Positions 36,222 to 46,280 of a stretch of 64,000 bases of DNA are shown here, piece after piece (positions within the stretch are counted from its first letter, which is position 1; each line of letters starts with the position of its first letter). Position numbers and translations under genes: made by a program. The notes below the pieces were generated by a model that saw only the letters and a list, made by a program, of their open reading frames with translations, made no database searches and was not told where the DNA came from. Source of the stretch: Clostridia bacterium DTU065 (lineage in GTDB: Bacteria > Bacillota > DTU065); NCBI GenBank assembly GCA_001512545.1, contig LFSI01000083.1, positions 6,759 to 70,758 on the forward strand. Reading direction: 5' to 3'.

Positions 36222-37553
36222 ATGGAAAAAGGAACTGTTGCAATTGTAGGAAGACCGAATGTTGGCAAGTCAACGTTATTTAACCGAATATGCGGCCAGA
36301 GAAAGGCCATTGTTGAAGACACGCCTGGCGTAACCAGGGATCGCCTTTACGGCACAGCAGAGTGGAACGGCAAGGAGTTCAGCGTGATCGACACAGGAGG
36401 TATCCTCCTCGGCGATGACGAGCCGTTTTTGCGGGAGATCCGCATGCAAGCTGAACTTGCAGTAGAAGAAGCCGATGTGATCATCTTTGTAGTGGACGGA
36501 AGGGAAGGACTGACCCCTACCGACCAGGAGGTTGCAGAGATTCTGAGGACCAAAGGCAAAAACGTCGTAGTTGCCGCCAATAAGCTGGAGAACTTCCAGG
36601 GGACGGAGATTTGGGATTTCTATTCCCTGGGTCTCGGCGAAGTGGTTCGCATCTCGTCGGAACACGGTATCGGCACAGGAGACCTGTTGGACCGGGTTAC
36701 AGAGCTTCTTCCTGAAGCAAAAGTTGCGGAAGAGAGCAGTGCCATTAAGGTGGCCATTGTGGGGCGGCCTAATGTGGGCAAGTCGTCTCTGGTCAACAAC
36801 CTTCTCGGAGAGGAAAGGGTTATCGTCAGCGATATTCCCGGCACCACCAGAGATGCAGTGGACGTGCCGTTTTCCTACGAAGGCCAGGACTACATTCTCA
36901 TCGACACTGCCGGTCTGAGAAAAAAAGGCAAGATTTGGGAGTCGGTGGAACGCTACAGCGTCATACGTTCTCTACGAGCCGTCGATGAGGCCGATGTGGT
37001 TTTGCATATAATAGACTTGACAGAAGGAGTTACGGAACAAGACACGAAAATAATAGGCTATGCCCACGATCAGGGCAAAGCTTTGATACTAGCGGGTAAT
37101 AAGTGGGACTTGATCGAAAAAGAGACAGGCACCTTTGAACAGACTGTAAACGAGATCAGAACGAAAGTAGCGTTTGCAACATATGCTCCCATTACGCTGA
37201 TCTCGGCAGTAACCAAACAGAGAGTTCTCAAACTCTTAGAGATGATTCAAGAAGTGGATGCGGAGGCCAGGAAGCTGGTTCCCACCAGCAGAGTCAATGA
37301 GATCATCCGCGATGCCATTAGGATGCAGGAGCCCCCATCGGACAAAGGTGTCAGACTCAGAATCTACTACGGTCTGCAGACAGGTACTCAACCACCGAGG
37401 TTTACTCTGTTTGTCAACGATCCAAATCTTATGCATTTTTCCTACGAAAGGTATTTGGAGAACCGCTTCAGAGAAGCCTTTGGTTTTGCAGGCTCGAGAG
37501 TTTTGCTTTCATACAAAGCTCGAACTGATACCGAAGCTTATGATAAGCGATGA
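36222..37553 (+). CDS. der: ribosome-associated GTPase Der (EngA)
   Basis: Two G domains (GRPNVGKST twice, DTGG/DTAG, NKLE/NKWD) plus a KH-like C-terminus. Confidence 0.95.
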   Translation: MEKGTVAIVGRPNVGKSTLFNRICGQRKAIVEDTPGVTRDRLYGTAEWNGKEFSVIDTGGILLGDDEPFLREIRMQAELAVEEADVIIFVVDGREGLTPTDQEVAEILRTKGKNVVVAANKLENFQGTEIWDFYSLGLGEVVRISSEHGIGTGDLLDRVTELLPEAKVAEESSAIKVAIVGRPNVGKSSLVNNLLGEERVIVSDIPGTTRDAVDVPFSYEGQDYILIDTAGLRKKGKIWESVERYSVIRSLRAVDEADVVLHIIDLTEGVTEQDTKIIGYAHDQGKALILAGNKWDLIEKETGTFEQTVNEIRTKVAFATYAPITLISAVTKQRVLKLLEMIQEVDAEARKLVPTSRVNEIIRDAIRMQEPPSDKGVRLRIYYGLQTGTQPPRFTLFVNDPNLMHFSYERYLENRFREAFGFAGSRVLLSYKARTDTEAYDKR

Positions 37554-37572
37554 AAGGGGAAGCATATAGCAG

Positions 37573-38169
37573 ATGCTGGTTGTCCTCAGCGCACTAATTG
37601 GCTATCTCGTGGGTTCGATACCCTTTGGTCTTCTACTCTGCAAGTACGTTTTTGGGATCGATATCAGGCAGTACGGAAGCGGCAATATAGGCGCAACCAA
37701 CGTGCAAAGGAATACAAACACTCTCTACGGTTTCGTTGTGTTAACTCTAGACCTTTTAAAGGGTTTTTTAGCGGCCTGGATAGGCTATGCCCTTGCCGGC
37801 CATAACGGTGCTATTTTAGGCGGTATAACTGCGGTTGTTGGGCACAACTGGTCGCTGTACTTGAAGTTTTCAGGAGGCAAAGGCGTCGCCACCACTGCGG
37901 GAATGGCTCTGTTCCTGTTTCCCAAGGGCTTTTTGGTGCTGGTGCCACTGTGGGTATTAATGGTTGCCCTCACCAAGTACGTGTCTCTGGCGTCTGTAAC
38001 AGCGGCCCTGGCCATGCCGATCGTGGTGTACTTTTTCGGCTATCCGCCAAAGCTTGTTGCAATCAGCGTTCTGGCTGCAGCTTTTGCCATCTACAGGCAT
38101 AAGAGCAACATCGAAAGGCTGTTGAACAAAACCGAATCGAAGTTCAGCTTGAAAAAGAAATCCAGCTAA
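37573..38169 (+). CDS. plsY: glycerol-3-phosphate acyltransferase PlsY
   Basis: GSIPFG, GSGNIGATN, GGKGVAT motifs. 198 aa. Confidence 0.95.
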   Translation: MLVVLSALIGYLVGSIPFGLLLCKYVFGIDIRQYGSGNIGATNVQRNTNTLYGFVVLTLDLLKGFLAAWIGYALAGHNGAILGGITAVVGHNWSLYLKFSGGKGVATTAGMALFLFPKGFLVLVPLWVLMVALTKYVSLASVTAALAMPIVVYFFGYPPKLVAISVLAAAFAIYRHKSNIERLLNKTESKFSLKKKSS

Positions 38170-38173
38170 TTCA

Positions 38174-38207
38174 AAGGCCACCTTAAGTTCAGGATGGCCT
38201 TTTTTTT
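38174..38207 (+). terminator. rho-independent terminator
   Basis: aggcca...tggcct stem plus T8. Confidence 0.75.
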
Positions 38208-38317
38208 GCCATAAAGGCCACTGGGGACTTTTTATTAAAGTCTTTGAATGTGTGAGAGCCCTGTTAGTACTGGCCCGTATTGGGCACCCTAAAGGGAGAC
38301 TGGAAGGAGAAGTGGCA

Positions 38318-38917
38318 ATGGCAAAGGTTCTCTACATTAAGGCTAATCCCAAACAGGCCTCAAACACGTTTCTCATCTCAGACAGCTTCATAAAAGCGTA
38401 CAAAGAGAAAAATCCTGCAGACCAAATCACCACCCTAGACCTCTACAGGGAAGGTATCGATTTTCTCAGGGAGAGGGATCTTGGTGATATGGGCGATCCG
38501 GAAAAGCTCGAAGACAGAAACCACAGGGTCTTCAAGTACGCGTATCAGTTTTTGGAGGGGGACAAGTACGTCATTGCGGCCCCCTTTTGGAATTTGAGCT
38601 TTCCTGCGATTCTCAAAGCTTACATCGACTACATCTGCATCTCAAGCCTGACGTTTAAGTACACCGAAGAAGGTCCTGTAGGTCTCCTTGCAGGGAGGAA
38701 GGCCATCTACATTACCACCAGAGGAGGGAACTACTCGTCCGAAAAGACAAGAGCCCTTGACCAAGGGGAGCCCTACCTCAAAACCATACTGGGCTTTCTG
38801 GGGATCACCGACTTTACGGTGCTCAGCGCAGACTGCCTCGATGTAATCGGCGTAGACAAAGATGAAATCCTCCGAGCGGCAATAAGGGAAGCAGAAAACC
38901 TCGCGCAGAAATTTTAG
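38318..38917 (+). CDS. azoR: FMN-dependent NADH-azoreductase
   Basis: The MAKVLYIKANPK... N-terminus closely follows the Bacillus AzoR pattern. Flavodoxin-like fold. ATG 38318 with a ggaaggag SD. Confidence 0.8.
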   Translation: MAKVLYIKANPKQASNTFLISDSFIKAYKEKNPADQITTLDLYREGIDFLRERDLGDMGDPEKLEDRNHRVFKYAYQFLEGDKYVIAAPFWNLSFPAILKAYIDYICISSLTFKYTEEGPVGLLAGRKAIYITTRGGNYSSEKTRALDQGEPYLKTILGFLGITDFTVLSADCLDVIGVDKDEILRAAIREAENLAQKF

Positions 38918-38964
38918 CTTCTTGAAAGCCAAGGGGTCTTACTTTCCTACCTAAGTAATATAAA

Positions 38965-39000
38965 TAGTCATCAGATGTTTTATCTGAGGACTATTTTTTT
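38965..39000 (+). terminator. rho-independent terminator
   Basis: tagtcatcagat-loop-atctgaggacta hairpin plus T7. Confidence 0.7.
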
Positions 39001-39090
39001 ATTGGGAAGTTCTGTTCTGCTTGTATCATGTTCTGCATAACTTTTAAGAGAGAGGCCTTTGTTGATAACTTCTTAGGGAGGGAAGAAAAG

Positions 39091-40572
39091 ATGGAAGCCA
39101 CAGCTGTGTTTCGAGACATCGTAGCCCGCACCCGGGGCGATATCTATATCGGAGTTGTCGGCCCGGTTCGCACCGGAAAATCAACGTTCATCAAGAGATT
39201 CGTGGATCTGATGGTTCTGCCTTTGATCAAAGACGACCAGCTGAAAAAGCGTACCGTTGACGAACTGCCCCAGAGTGGCTCCGGCAGGATGATCATGACC
39301 ACAGAGCCCAAGTTCGTGCCTGACGAAGCGGTAACCATAGAACTCCAGGAGGGGATGAAAGCCAGCCTGCGCCTTGTAGACTGCGTCGGCTACACCGTGA
39401 CCGGCGCTCTGGGCTACTTCGATGATGAAGGGCTTCGGTTGGTTCGCACCCCGTGGAGCGAAGAGGAGATCAGCTTTGAAAAAGCGGCAGAGATCGGCAC
39501 TCGAAAAGTCATCCAGGACCACTCCAATATTGGCCTAGTGGTGACAACAGACGGTTCCATCACCGACCTGCCGCGGGAAAGCTACATCGATGCAGAAGAG
39601 CGGGTAATTCGGGAGTTAAAGGAACTGGGTAAGCCGTTCATCGTGCTCCTTAACTCCACGGTCCCCAGAGACGAAAAAACCATTGCCCTTGCTGAGGAGC
39701 TATCTGCTCGCTACGAGGTCAGTGTGGTGCCGGTAGACTGCCTCAACCTCACTCAGCCGCAAATCGACGCCATCATCTCCAGTCTGCTTTTGGAGTTCCC
39801 GCTCAGGGAGATTGCCGTGGACGTCCCCAGCTGGGTGAGCGAACTTTCCTACGACCACAAGCTCAGAGAGAAGCTGGAAGAAGCGATCTTCGAGCACATC
39901 GCCGGCATAAGCAAAGCCAGGCAGGTGGGATGGTCCAAAGAAAAGATTCTAGCGGATGTTTCCGAACTGGAATCGGTAGTCACCAGGGAGCTGGACCTCG
40001 GCCGCGGAAGGGCCAGAATCGAGCTGAACGTCAAAGCGGAAGTGTTTTATGAAGTCCTTGAAGAGATCACGGGCTTTGCTGTGGAAGACGAGGCTAGCCT
40101 CTTCAGCCTCTTGATCGAACTGGGATCCTCGAAGAAAGAGTTCGACAAGGTGGCCGCTGCCATGCAGGAGGTCAGAAGCAAAGGCTACGGCATCGTCAGG
40201 CCAGGAAAAGAAGACATTGTCTTGGAGCCACCTGAGTCAGTGAAGCAGGGAAACAGGTTCGGCATCAGGCTCAGAGCATCGGCGCCGTCGTACCACATCA
40301 TCAAAGCAGACATTTATGCCGAAGTTACTCCGTTTGTGGGCACCGACAAACAAGGTGAGGAGTTTGTCAGCCAGCTGGAGTCCGAGTTTTCCGAAAACCC
40401 ATCGGCCATTTGGGAGAAAGATTTCTTGGGCAAGAACCTTTCAGAGATGATGCTCGGAGGCATCGAAGGCAAGCTCTACCGCATGCCGTTCAACGCTCAG
40501 GAGAAGCTGCAGGAAACCCTAGAGCGCATCATAAACGACGGCAGTGGAGGCTTAATCTGCATCATTTTCTAG
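39091..40572 (+). CDS. spoIVA: stage IV sporulation protein A (spore coat morphogenetic ATPase)
   Basis: IYIGVVGPVRTGKSTFIKRF Walker A, TTEPKFVP, long conserved C-terminus ending GGLICIIF. ATG 39091. Confidence 0.95.
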   Translation: MEATAVFRDIVARTRGDIYIGVVGPVRTGKSTFIKRFVDLMVLPLIKDDQLKKRTVDELPQSGSGRMIMTTEPKFVPDEAVTIELQEGMKASLRLVDCVGYTVTGALGYFDDEGLRLVRTPWSEEEISFEKAAEIGTRKVIQDHSNIGLVVTTDGSITDLPRESYIDAEERVIRELKELGKPFIVLLNSTVPRDEKTIALAEELSARYEVSVVPVDCLNLTQPQIDAIISSLLLEFPLREIAVDVPSWVSELSYDHKLREKLEEAIFEHIAGISKARQVGWSKEKILADVSELESVVTRELDLGRGRARIELNVKAEVFYEVLEEITGFAVEDEASLFSLLIELGSSKKEFDKVAAAMQEVRSKGYGIVRPGKEDIVLEPPESVKQGNRFGIRLRASAPSYHIIKADIYAEVTPFVGTDKQGEEFVSQLESEFSENPSAIWEKDFLGKNLSEMMLGGIEGKLYRMPFNAQEKLQETLERIINDGSGGLICIIF

Positions 40573-40717
40573 GAAGAGCACAAGCTCTTCCTAGTTTTTT
40601 ATTGGAAAAAGAAGGAAATATTGTAGTTTATCCGAATTTATAACCAAGACCACCTAACAAGGAGGCTACTAGGGACGTGAGTTCCGAGGGGTTAGGTAAA
40701 ATTTGGAGGTGAACGAT

Positions 40718-41005
40718 ATGTCCAAAGGCATGACTAAGGGTGAGTTGGTTGGGAACATAGCAGAAAAGGCTGGGGTATCCAAGAAAGATGCAGAAAAAGT
40801 ATTGAACGCTGTGTTATCAAGCATCACCGAAGCTTTGGCGAGTGGTAGAAAGGTTCAGTTAGTTGGTTTTGGTACTTTCGAAGTACGTCATCGCGAAGCT
40901 AGAACCGGCCGTAACCCACGTGACCCAGGTAAAACTATTCACATTCCATCACGTGACGTCCCTGCTTTCAAGCCCGGCAAGGCTCTGAAAGAAGCCGTAA
41001 AGTAG
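40718..41005 (+). CDS. hup: DNA-binding protein HU
   Basis: MTKGELV..., GFGTFEVRHREARTGRNPRDPGKTIHIP, FKPGKALKEAV. Confidence 0.95.
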   Translation: MSKGMTKGELVGNIAEKAGVSKKDAEKVLNAVLSSITEALASGRKVQLVGFGTFEVRHREARTGRNPRDPGKTIHIPSRDVPAFKPGKALKEAVK

Positions 41006-41026
41006 GTCGAATAGCTGACGAAAAAG

Positions 41027-41066
41027 AGAGGCTGTCCATAAGTTGGACAGCCCTCTTATATTTTTA
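41027..41066 (+). terminator. rho-independent terminator
   Basis: agaggctgtcca-taagt-tggacagccctct hairpin followed by a T-rich tract. Confidence 0.8.
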
Positions 41067-41180
41067 AAAACCTATAGGCGGTTTTCGTACGTTGGAGCTT
41101 GCAGGAAACGAAAAACTGCAGTCTTTTTCTCGTTAAAAACTGGTTTTCTCGTGCAACTCGGGCAATTTTCTACGAATCCG

Positions 41181-41209
41181 TTTACCAAATCCCTTCTTCA
41201 TGGTAGAAT
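41181..41209 (+). promoter_or_regulatory. candidate sigma-A promoter of the hom-thrC-thrB operon
   Basis: tttacc (41181-41186), 17 nt, tagaat (41204-41209). Confidence 0.4.
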
Positions 41210-41315
41210 AGGAAAAACGTTAAATTTTTGCTAAGAATATCACAAAGGAACCATAGAGGAAAGGTGGTGGGGACAGCACCGTCGGTGCTGTCCGGGCAAA
41301 TTGAAAGAAGCAAGA

Positions 41316-42590
41316 ATGGGAGTAGCCGTACTTGGACTTGGAACAGTCGGGATCGGCGTCGTAGACATTCTCTCCAAAAATCGGGCGATGATCTTCAACC
41401 GCAGCGGCGTGGACTTGGAAGTAAGAAAGGTCCTGGTGAGCAATCCCAATAAAAAGCGGGAGATCGATCTAGCCAAAGACATGTTCGCCAAAGATATCGA
41501 AGAGATACTCCAAGACGACGAAATCGACGTGGTTGTGGAGTTAATAGGCGGGCTTTCTCCTGCCAAAGAATACATCATTAAGGCATTAGAAGCGAAAAAG
41601 GCGGTTGTTACCGCCAACAAAGCGGTTCTTGCCCACCACGCAGCAGAACTGTTCGCTGTTGCCAGAAAAAACAATGTCCCTCTGTACTATGAGGCCAGTG
41701 TTGGCGGAGGAATTCCGCTGATTACCCCCCTCACCGAGTCCCTCGTAGGCAGCAACATCACCAGCGTCATGGGGATCATCAACGGTACCACCAACTACAT
41801 TCTAACGAAGATGAGTACCGAAGGTTCGAGCTTCGAGGAGGTCCTTGCTGAAGCGCAAAGGCTCGGCTACGCCGAGGCCGATCCGTCTGCAGACGTGGAC
41901 GGTCTGGATGCAGCCCACAAACTGGTGGTATTGATCGCACTGGCATTTGATACCCACATCAAGCTTTCAGATGTGCACTGCGAGGGCATCCGCAAGATCG
42001 ATCCCATGGATATCAAGTTTGCCAGGGACTTCGGTTATGCTATCAAGCTCCTTGCAGTAGGCAAGAAGACCGATCTGGGCATTGAAGCTAGGGTCCAGCC
42101 CACGCTGATTCCCCTGCACCATCCTCTGGCTTCTGTGAACAACGTGTTTAACGCGGTTTTTGTGGAAAGTGAAGAAGTTGGCGAGATCATGCTCTACGGC
42201 AGGGGAGCGGGAAGGTATCCCACCGCCAGTGCCGTAGTTGGCGATATTGTTTCGGCAGCAAGAATTCTGTCCGGTGCCAAATCGCAACTGCCGCGGAAGT
42301 TTGCTATGGGTTCTGCGGTCTCGGTGAAGAAGACCGTGGGTTGCTACTACATTCGCCTGATGGTGGAGGACAGACCTGGCGTGCTTGGAGAGATCGCTAA
42401 CATCTTAGGACAAAACAACGTCAGTGTGGCGTCTGTAATCCAAGAAGGTAGGGCTCAGGATCAGGTTCCTCTGGTCTTTTTGACCCACGAGGTAAACTAC
42501 GGATCCCTGGAGAAAGGTCTAGAGCTGATCGGCCGCCTGCCTTGCGTGAGAGAGATTGCCAATGTGATCAGAGTAGAAAGAGGGTACTGA
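41316..42590 (+). CDS. hom: homoserine dehydrogenase with C-terminal ACT domain
   Basis: [43 protein letters not shown]. The start could be TTG 41301 or ATG 41316. Confidence 0.9.
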   Translation: MGVAVLGLGTVGIGVVDILSKNRAMIFNRSGVDLEVRKVLVSNPNKKREIDLAKDMFAKDIEEILQDDEIDVVVELIGGLSPAKEYIIKALEAKKAVVTANKAVLAHHAAELFAVARKNNVPLYYEASVGGGIPLITPLTESLVGSNITSVMGIINGTTNYILTKMSTEGSSFEEVLAEAQRLGYAEADPSADVDGLDAAHKLVVLIALAFDTHIKLSDVHCEGIRKIDPMDIKFARDFGYAIKLLAVGKKTDLGIEARVQPTLIPLHHPLASVNNVFNAVFVESEEVGEIMLYGRGAGRYPTASAVVGDIVSAARILSGAKSQLPRKFAMGSAVSVKKTVGCYYIRLMVEDRPGVLGEIANILGQNNVSVASVIQEGRAQDQVPLVFLTHEVNYGSLEKGLELIGRLPCVREIANVIRVERGY

Positions 42591-42591
42591 C

Positions 42592-43635
42592 ATGTACAAA
42601 GGCCTGATTGATCGCTACAGAAAGTTTCTTCCTGTTGCAGATGATGCTGAGATTATCACCTTAAATGAGGGGAACACACCTCTAATTCCCGTGCCCGAAC
42701 TGGCAAAGGCAGCAGGGATCGATGCCAAAATCTACGTGAAGTACGAAGGCCTAAACCCTACAGGGTCGTTTAAAGATCGCGGCATGACCATGGCGGTGAC
42801 CAAAGCTAAAGAAGAGGGCATGAAAGTGGTAATGTGCGCTTCGACTGGAAACACCTCGGCTTCTGCAGCGGCCTATGCTGCAAGAGCCGGTATGAAGTCG
42901 GTGGTACTTATCCCAGACGGCAACATCGCTCTGGGCAAACTGGCTCAGTCCATGATCTATGGTGCTAAAGTTGTGGCAGTGGACGGGAACTTCGACGACT
43001 GCTTGAAGTACGTGAGGGACCTCTGCCAGAGGCACCCCATCGCCCTGGTAAACTCCATCAATCCCTACAGGCTTGAAGGGCAGAAAACCGCTGCTTTCGA
43101 GATCGTCGACGACCTAGAAGATGCTCCCGACTACCTCATCATACCGGTGGGAAATGCCGGAAATATTAGCGCCTACTTCATGGGTTTTGCCCAGTATTTC
43201 GAAGCGGGCATCTCTACCAAGATACCCAAGCTCTGGGGAATGCAGGCGGCAGGAGCGGCACCGATCGTGGAAAACAGGGTTTTTGAAAAACCGGAGACCG
43301 TGGCTACGGCCATAAGGATCGGCAATCCAGCAAGCTGGGAGAAGGCAGTAGCTGCAAGGGATAAGTCCAATGGACGCATCGAGAAGGTCACGGACCAAGA
43401 GATACTCGAAGCCTACAAGCTCATTGCTAGGACCGCAGGAGTCTTCTGCGAACCGGCTTCTGCAGCAACTGTCGCAGGTCTTATAAAGTACGGCCGGGAC
43501 ATTGAACCTGGAAGCACGGTGGTTCTTGTTCTCACAGGCAACGGGTTGAAAGACCCGGACAATGCCATTAAGTCTGCCCCTGAGATCTTCCATGTGAAAA
43601 ACGACATCAGGGCAATAGAAGAGGTAGTCCTATGA
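42592..43635 (+). CDS. thrC: threonine synthase
   Basis: [11 protein letters not shown] (PLP lysine), [14 protein letters not shown]. Confidence 0.95.
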   Translation: MYKGLIDRYRKFLPVADDAEIITLNEGNTPLIPVPELAKAAGIDAKIYVKYEGLNPTGSFKDRGMTMAVTKAKEEGMKVVMCASTGNTSASAAAYAARAGMKSVVLIPDGNIALGKLAQSMIYGAKVVAVDGNFDDCLKYVRDLCQRHPIALVNSINPYRLEGQKTAAFEIVDDLEDAPDYLIIPVGNAGNISAYFMGFAQYFEAGISTKIPKLWGMQAAGAAPIVENRVFEKPETVATAIRIGNPASWEKAVAARDKSNGRIEKVTDQEILEAYKLIARTAGVFCEPASAATVAGLIKYGRDIEPGSTVVLVLTGNGLKDPDNAIKSAPEIFHVKNDIRAIEEVVL

Positions 43636-44516
43636 AGGTCTTAGCACCGGCCACAACGGCCAATCTGGGACCGGGATTTGACCTTCTCGGTGCCAGCTTG
43701 GATATGGAAAACGAGATCTGGGCAGAGTTTGCCGATAGCTACTTTCTCCAAGAAGAAGGCTACAGCGAAGGGACAGAGCTAGACGACCACTTGGTATGCA
43801 AGGTGATGCGGAGCTTTCTAATGGAACAGGGCATAAGCCGCCCGTTCGCTCTTAAGGCCAAAAACAGAATCCCCTTTGCCAGAGGATTGGGCTCGTCGTC
43901 AGCTGCTATCGTGGGAGGTTTGGTTTTGGCAAATGCCTTAGCTGGAAGTCCCCTTGATGCAGCAGAACTCCTCCGAAGGGCTGTGGAGATAGAAGGGCAT
44001 CCGGACAACGTAGCCCCTGCACTTCTTGGAGGGGTGGTTCTGGCTGCAAAAGACACCTACATCAGCTTACCTGCGCCGCAGGTTTCGGCGTTTGTGCTCA
44101 TTCCCGACTTCAAAGTCTCAACGGAAAAGGCCCGCCGGATTCTGCCGCAGACCTATAGTAGGGAGGTTGCTGTCAGAAACAGCAGCCGTTTGTCTCAGCT
44201 GGTCATAGCCCTCGAGCGTGGTGACAGCGAGCTCTTTCTGCAGGCTCTAGACGATGAGATTCACCAGCCTTTCAGAGGACAGCTCATACCGGGATACGAC
44301 GCCCTGAGCGCTCAAGCGGTGAAACTCGGAGGCCGGATCGTCATTTCGGGCTCGGGCCCGACGCTGCTCTACCTGACCGCAGAGTCACCTGACACGGCGA
44401 AAAAGGCAGCCTCCGACCTGTCGGAGACCTGGAAAGAGCAGTTCGCCGTGGAAAACGCAGTAGTACAGGTAAAACTTGGTGCAAAAGGAGCAAGAATCCT
44501 GGAAGCAGAGGATTAA
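43632..44516 (+). CDS. thrB: homoserine kinase
   Basis: GHMP kinase: [25 protein letters not shown]. Confidence 0.95.
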   Translation: MKVLAPATTANLGPGFDLLGASLDMENEIWAEFADSYFLQEEGYSEGTELDDHLVCKVMRSFLMEQGISRPFALKAKNRIPFARGLGSSSAAIVGGLVLANALAGSPLDAAELLRRAVEIEGHPDNVAPALLGGVVLAAKDTYISLPAPQVSAFVLIPDFKVSTEKARRILPQTYSREVAVRNSSRLSQLVIALERGDSELFLQALDDEIHQPFRGQLIPGYDALSAQAVKLGGRIVISGSGPTLLYLTAESPDTAKKAASDLSETWKEQFAVENAVVQVKLGAKGARILEAED

Positions 44517-44581
44517 TTGGCGCTTTCCATCTTGATTTTGCCCTGGAATGTGCTACAATAATCCTTGCAGGTTAGTTCTGT

Positions 44582-44659
44582 CGGGCTGTGGCGCAGCTTG
44601 GCTAGCGCGCTTCCTTGGGGTGGAAGAGGTCGCTGGTTCAAATCCAGTCAGCCCGACCA
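44582..44659 (+). tRNA. tRNA-Pro (anticodon GGG), CCA encoded
   Basis: Cloverleaf by hand. Acceptor cgggctg/cagcccg, D arm gcgc...gcgc, anticodon stem cttcc/ggaag with loop ttGGGgt, T arm gctgg-ttcaaat-ccagt, discriminator A plus CCA. Confidence 0.9.
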
Positions 44660-44672
44660 TTTTTTTGGAGAC

Positions 44673-44717
44673 AACCCAGAGAACGCCGTTTGTTAGGCGT
44701 GTCTCTGGGTTTTTTTG
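44673..44717 (+). terminator. rho-independent terminator
   Basis: acccagaga...tctctgggt long hairpin plus T7. Confidence 0.85.
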
Positions 44718-44797
44718 TGTCACCAGCCGGACTTGCAGGAAACCTCTTTTCCTTTCAAGAAATTAGAAAGCAAACCAAATAAAGGGGAGGAGTAAGG

Positions 44798-45655
44798 GTG
44801 TTTCCTAAAAAAGTGCTTGGCTTAATCGTTTTGTTTTTAGTGGTTCTTGCAGGAGCGGCGTTTGCCGAGGAAGAGGTTTTGACTCTTAAAGTGATGACCT
44901 ACAACATCCAGATCGCCGCAACGGCCAACAACCCTGGATGGGTAGTGGCCAACTTCGATCTCGACGGCATAGCGGAGATGATCAGGGAGCAAGATCCCGA
45001 CATCGTTGCCCTCCAGGAAGTGGACCGCTACCGCGGCAGGAGCGGCTATGTAGACCAGGTTGCAGAGCTTGCGGAGAAACTTGGCATGTATTGGGCGTAC
45101 TCGCCGTCTTACTTCGACTATGAAACCGCAAACGGCAGAGGTATGTACGGCAATGCCATTTTGTCGAAGTATCCCATAGTCAACCAGTACTACCATACGC
45201 TGTGGAGGAGAGCGACCCTAGAGCCGGGAGAAGCTTCTTGGGTCATCGAGAAGAGATCTCTCCTAGAAACTCAGATAGATGTCAATGGAACCATCGTTCA
45301 CGCCTACTCCACGCACCTTTCGACCACTCAGGATCAAAGAGCGGAGCAGACCACAGAGATCATGAGCCTGGTAGCGCAGACAAAAGGGCCCAAGATCATT
45401 ATGGGAGATTTCAACTCCCAACCGGATGCTCCCGAGATGAAGAACCTCCTGAGGCGGTTCAGGGACGTCATGGAGCATGCTGAGGTTCGCAGCGAACAGC
45501 GGAACACCTATCCAAACGGTACTAAAGCCGATCGGGTTATCGACTACATCTTGGTTTCGCGGGAATGGACTATTAAAGAGGCACAGGTCATTGCCGACGA
45601 AGAAGGAAGATCCGACCACAACCCCATCGTGGCGGTTCTGGTTTTGGAGAAATAA
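44798..45655 (+). CDS. secreted endonuclease/exonuclease/phosphatase (EEP) family protein
   Basis: Signal peptide. TYNI, ALQEVD, GDFN, SDHNP motifs. Confidence 0.85.
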   Translation: MFPKKVLGLIVLFLVVLAGAAFAEEEVLTLKVMTYNIQIAATANNPGWVVANFDLDGIAEMIREQDPDIVALQEVDRYRGRSGYVDQVAELAEKLGMYWAYSPSYFDYETANGRGMYGNAILSKYPIVNQYYHTLWRRATLEPGEASWVIEKRSLLETQIDVNGTIVHAYSTHLSTTQDQRAEQTTEIMSLVAQTKGPKIIMGDFNSQPDAPEMKNLLRRFRDVMEHAEVRSEQRNTYPNGTKADRVIDYILVSREWTIKEAQVIADEEGRSDHNPIVAVLVLEK

Positions 45656-45658
45656 CCG

Positions 45659-45685
45659 GGAGGGCTGGTGCCCTCCTTTTTTGTT
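45659..45685 (+). terminator. rho-independent terminator
   Basis: ggagggc-tggt-gccctcc hairpin plus T6. Confidence 0.85.
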
Positions 45686-45773
45686 TGGCGATTTCCGCTC
45701 TTTCTTCGGTTAACTTGAAGAAAGGTAATTGCCACAATTTTGGCGAACTTCTACCTAGACTGGAGGTGGCAAA

Positions 45774-46271
45774 GTGGCGCAGTCTAAGACAAACGATAGA
45801 AGTGTTGATTTTTCGGCGGCACTCCAGGGGTATCCAAGAGACCCCAAATACCTGCTGCCTGTCCTTTACAAGCTTCAGGAGAACTACGGGTTCCTCAGTA
45901 CCGAAATGCTGCAGGAAGCAGCTCGCCATCTGGGAGTTCCCGTCGGGAAGGTTTACAGCCTTGCAACGTTCGGAGAAGAGTTTCGTCTCGAACCTCTTGG
46001 CAGATGCGTTATCGAAGTCTGCAGTGGCGCCTGCTGCAGGATTAAGGGTTCGGGGGGTATCCTCTCGGTGCTCGAAGCCGAGCTGGGTATCAAAGCTGGG
46101 CAAACTACGCAAAACGGCGCGTTCACGCTCCTTGAGGCTAGCTGTATCGATGCCTGCGCACTTGCTCCTGCCATGCGAGTCAACGGGCATCTCTACGGGA
46201 ACCTGCAGGGCGGAGATGTCCTGAGAATCATTAAAGAGTACGAACTACTGCAGAAGAGCTCTGCTAAATGA
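45774..46271 (+). CDS. NuoE/HydC-like [2Fe-2S] thioredoxin-fold subunit
   Basis: Four Cys in the canonical spacing (VCSGACC ... ASCIDACALAP). GTG start with a ggaggtgg SD. Confidence 0.8.
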   Translation: MAQSKTNDRSVDFSAALQGYPRDPKYLLPVLYKLQENYGFLSTEMLQEAARHLGVPVGKVYSLATFGEEFRLEPLGRCVIEVCSGACCRIKGSGGILSVLEAELGIKAGQTTQNGAFTLLEASCIDACALAPAMRVNGHLYGNLQGGDVLRIIKEYELLQKSSAK

Positions 46272-46280
46272 GGTGACACT

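Noticed and set aside
39001-39090. A sigma-E promoter for spoIVA (cataactt at about 39043-39050).
   Set aside because: The -10-like element is plausible. No acceptable -35 (ATA-type) lies at a 16-18 nt spacing, so it is not reported as a feature.
44548-44766. 72-aa ORF (MCYNNPC...).
   Set aside because: It overlaps tRNA-Pro and its terminator, so it is an artefact of translating structured RNA.
45685-46224. 179-aa alternative-frame ORF overlapping the NuoE-like gene.
   Set aside because: The 45774 frame carries the canonical 4-Cys [2Fe-2S] NuoE motifs and an SD. The alternative frame has neither.
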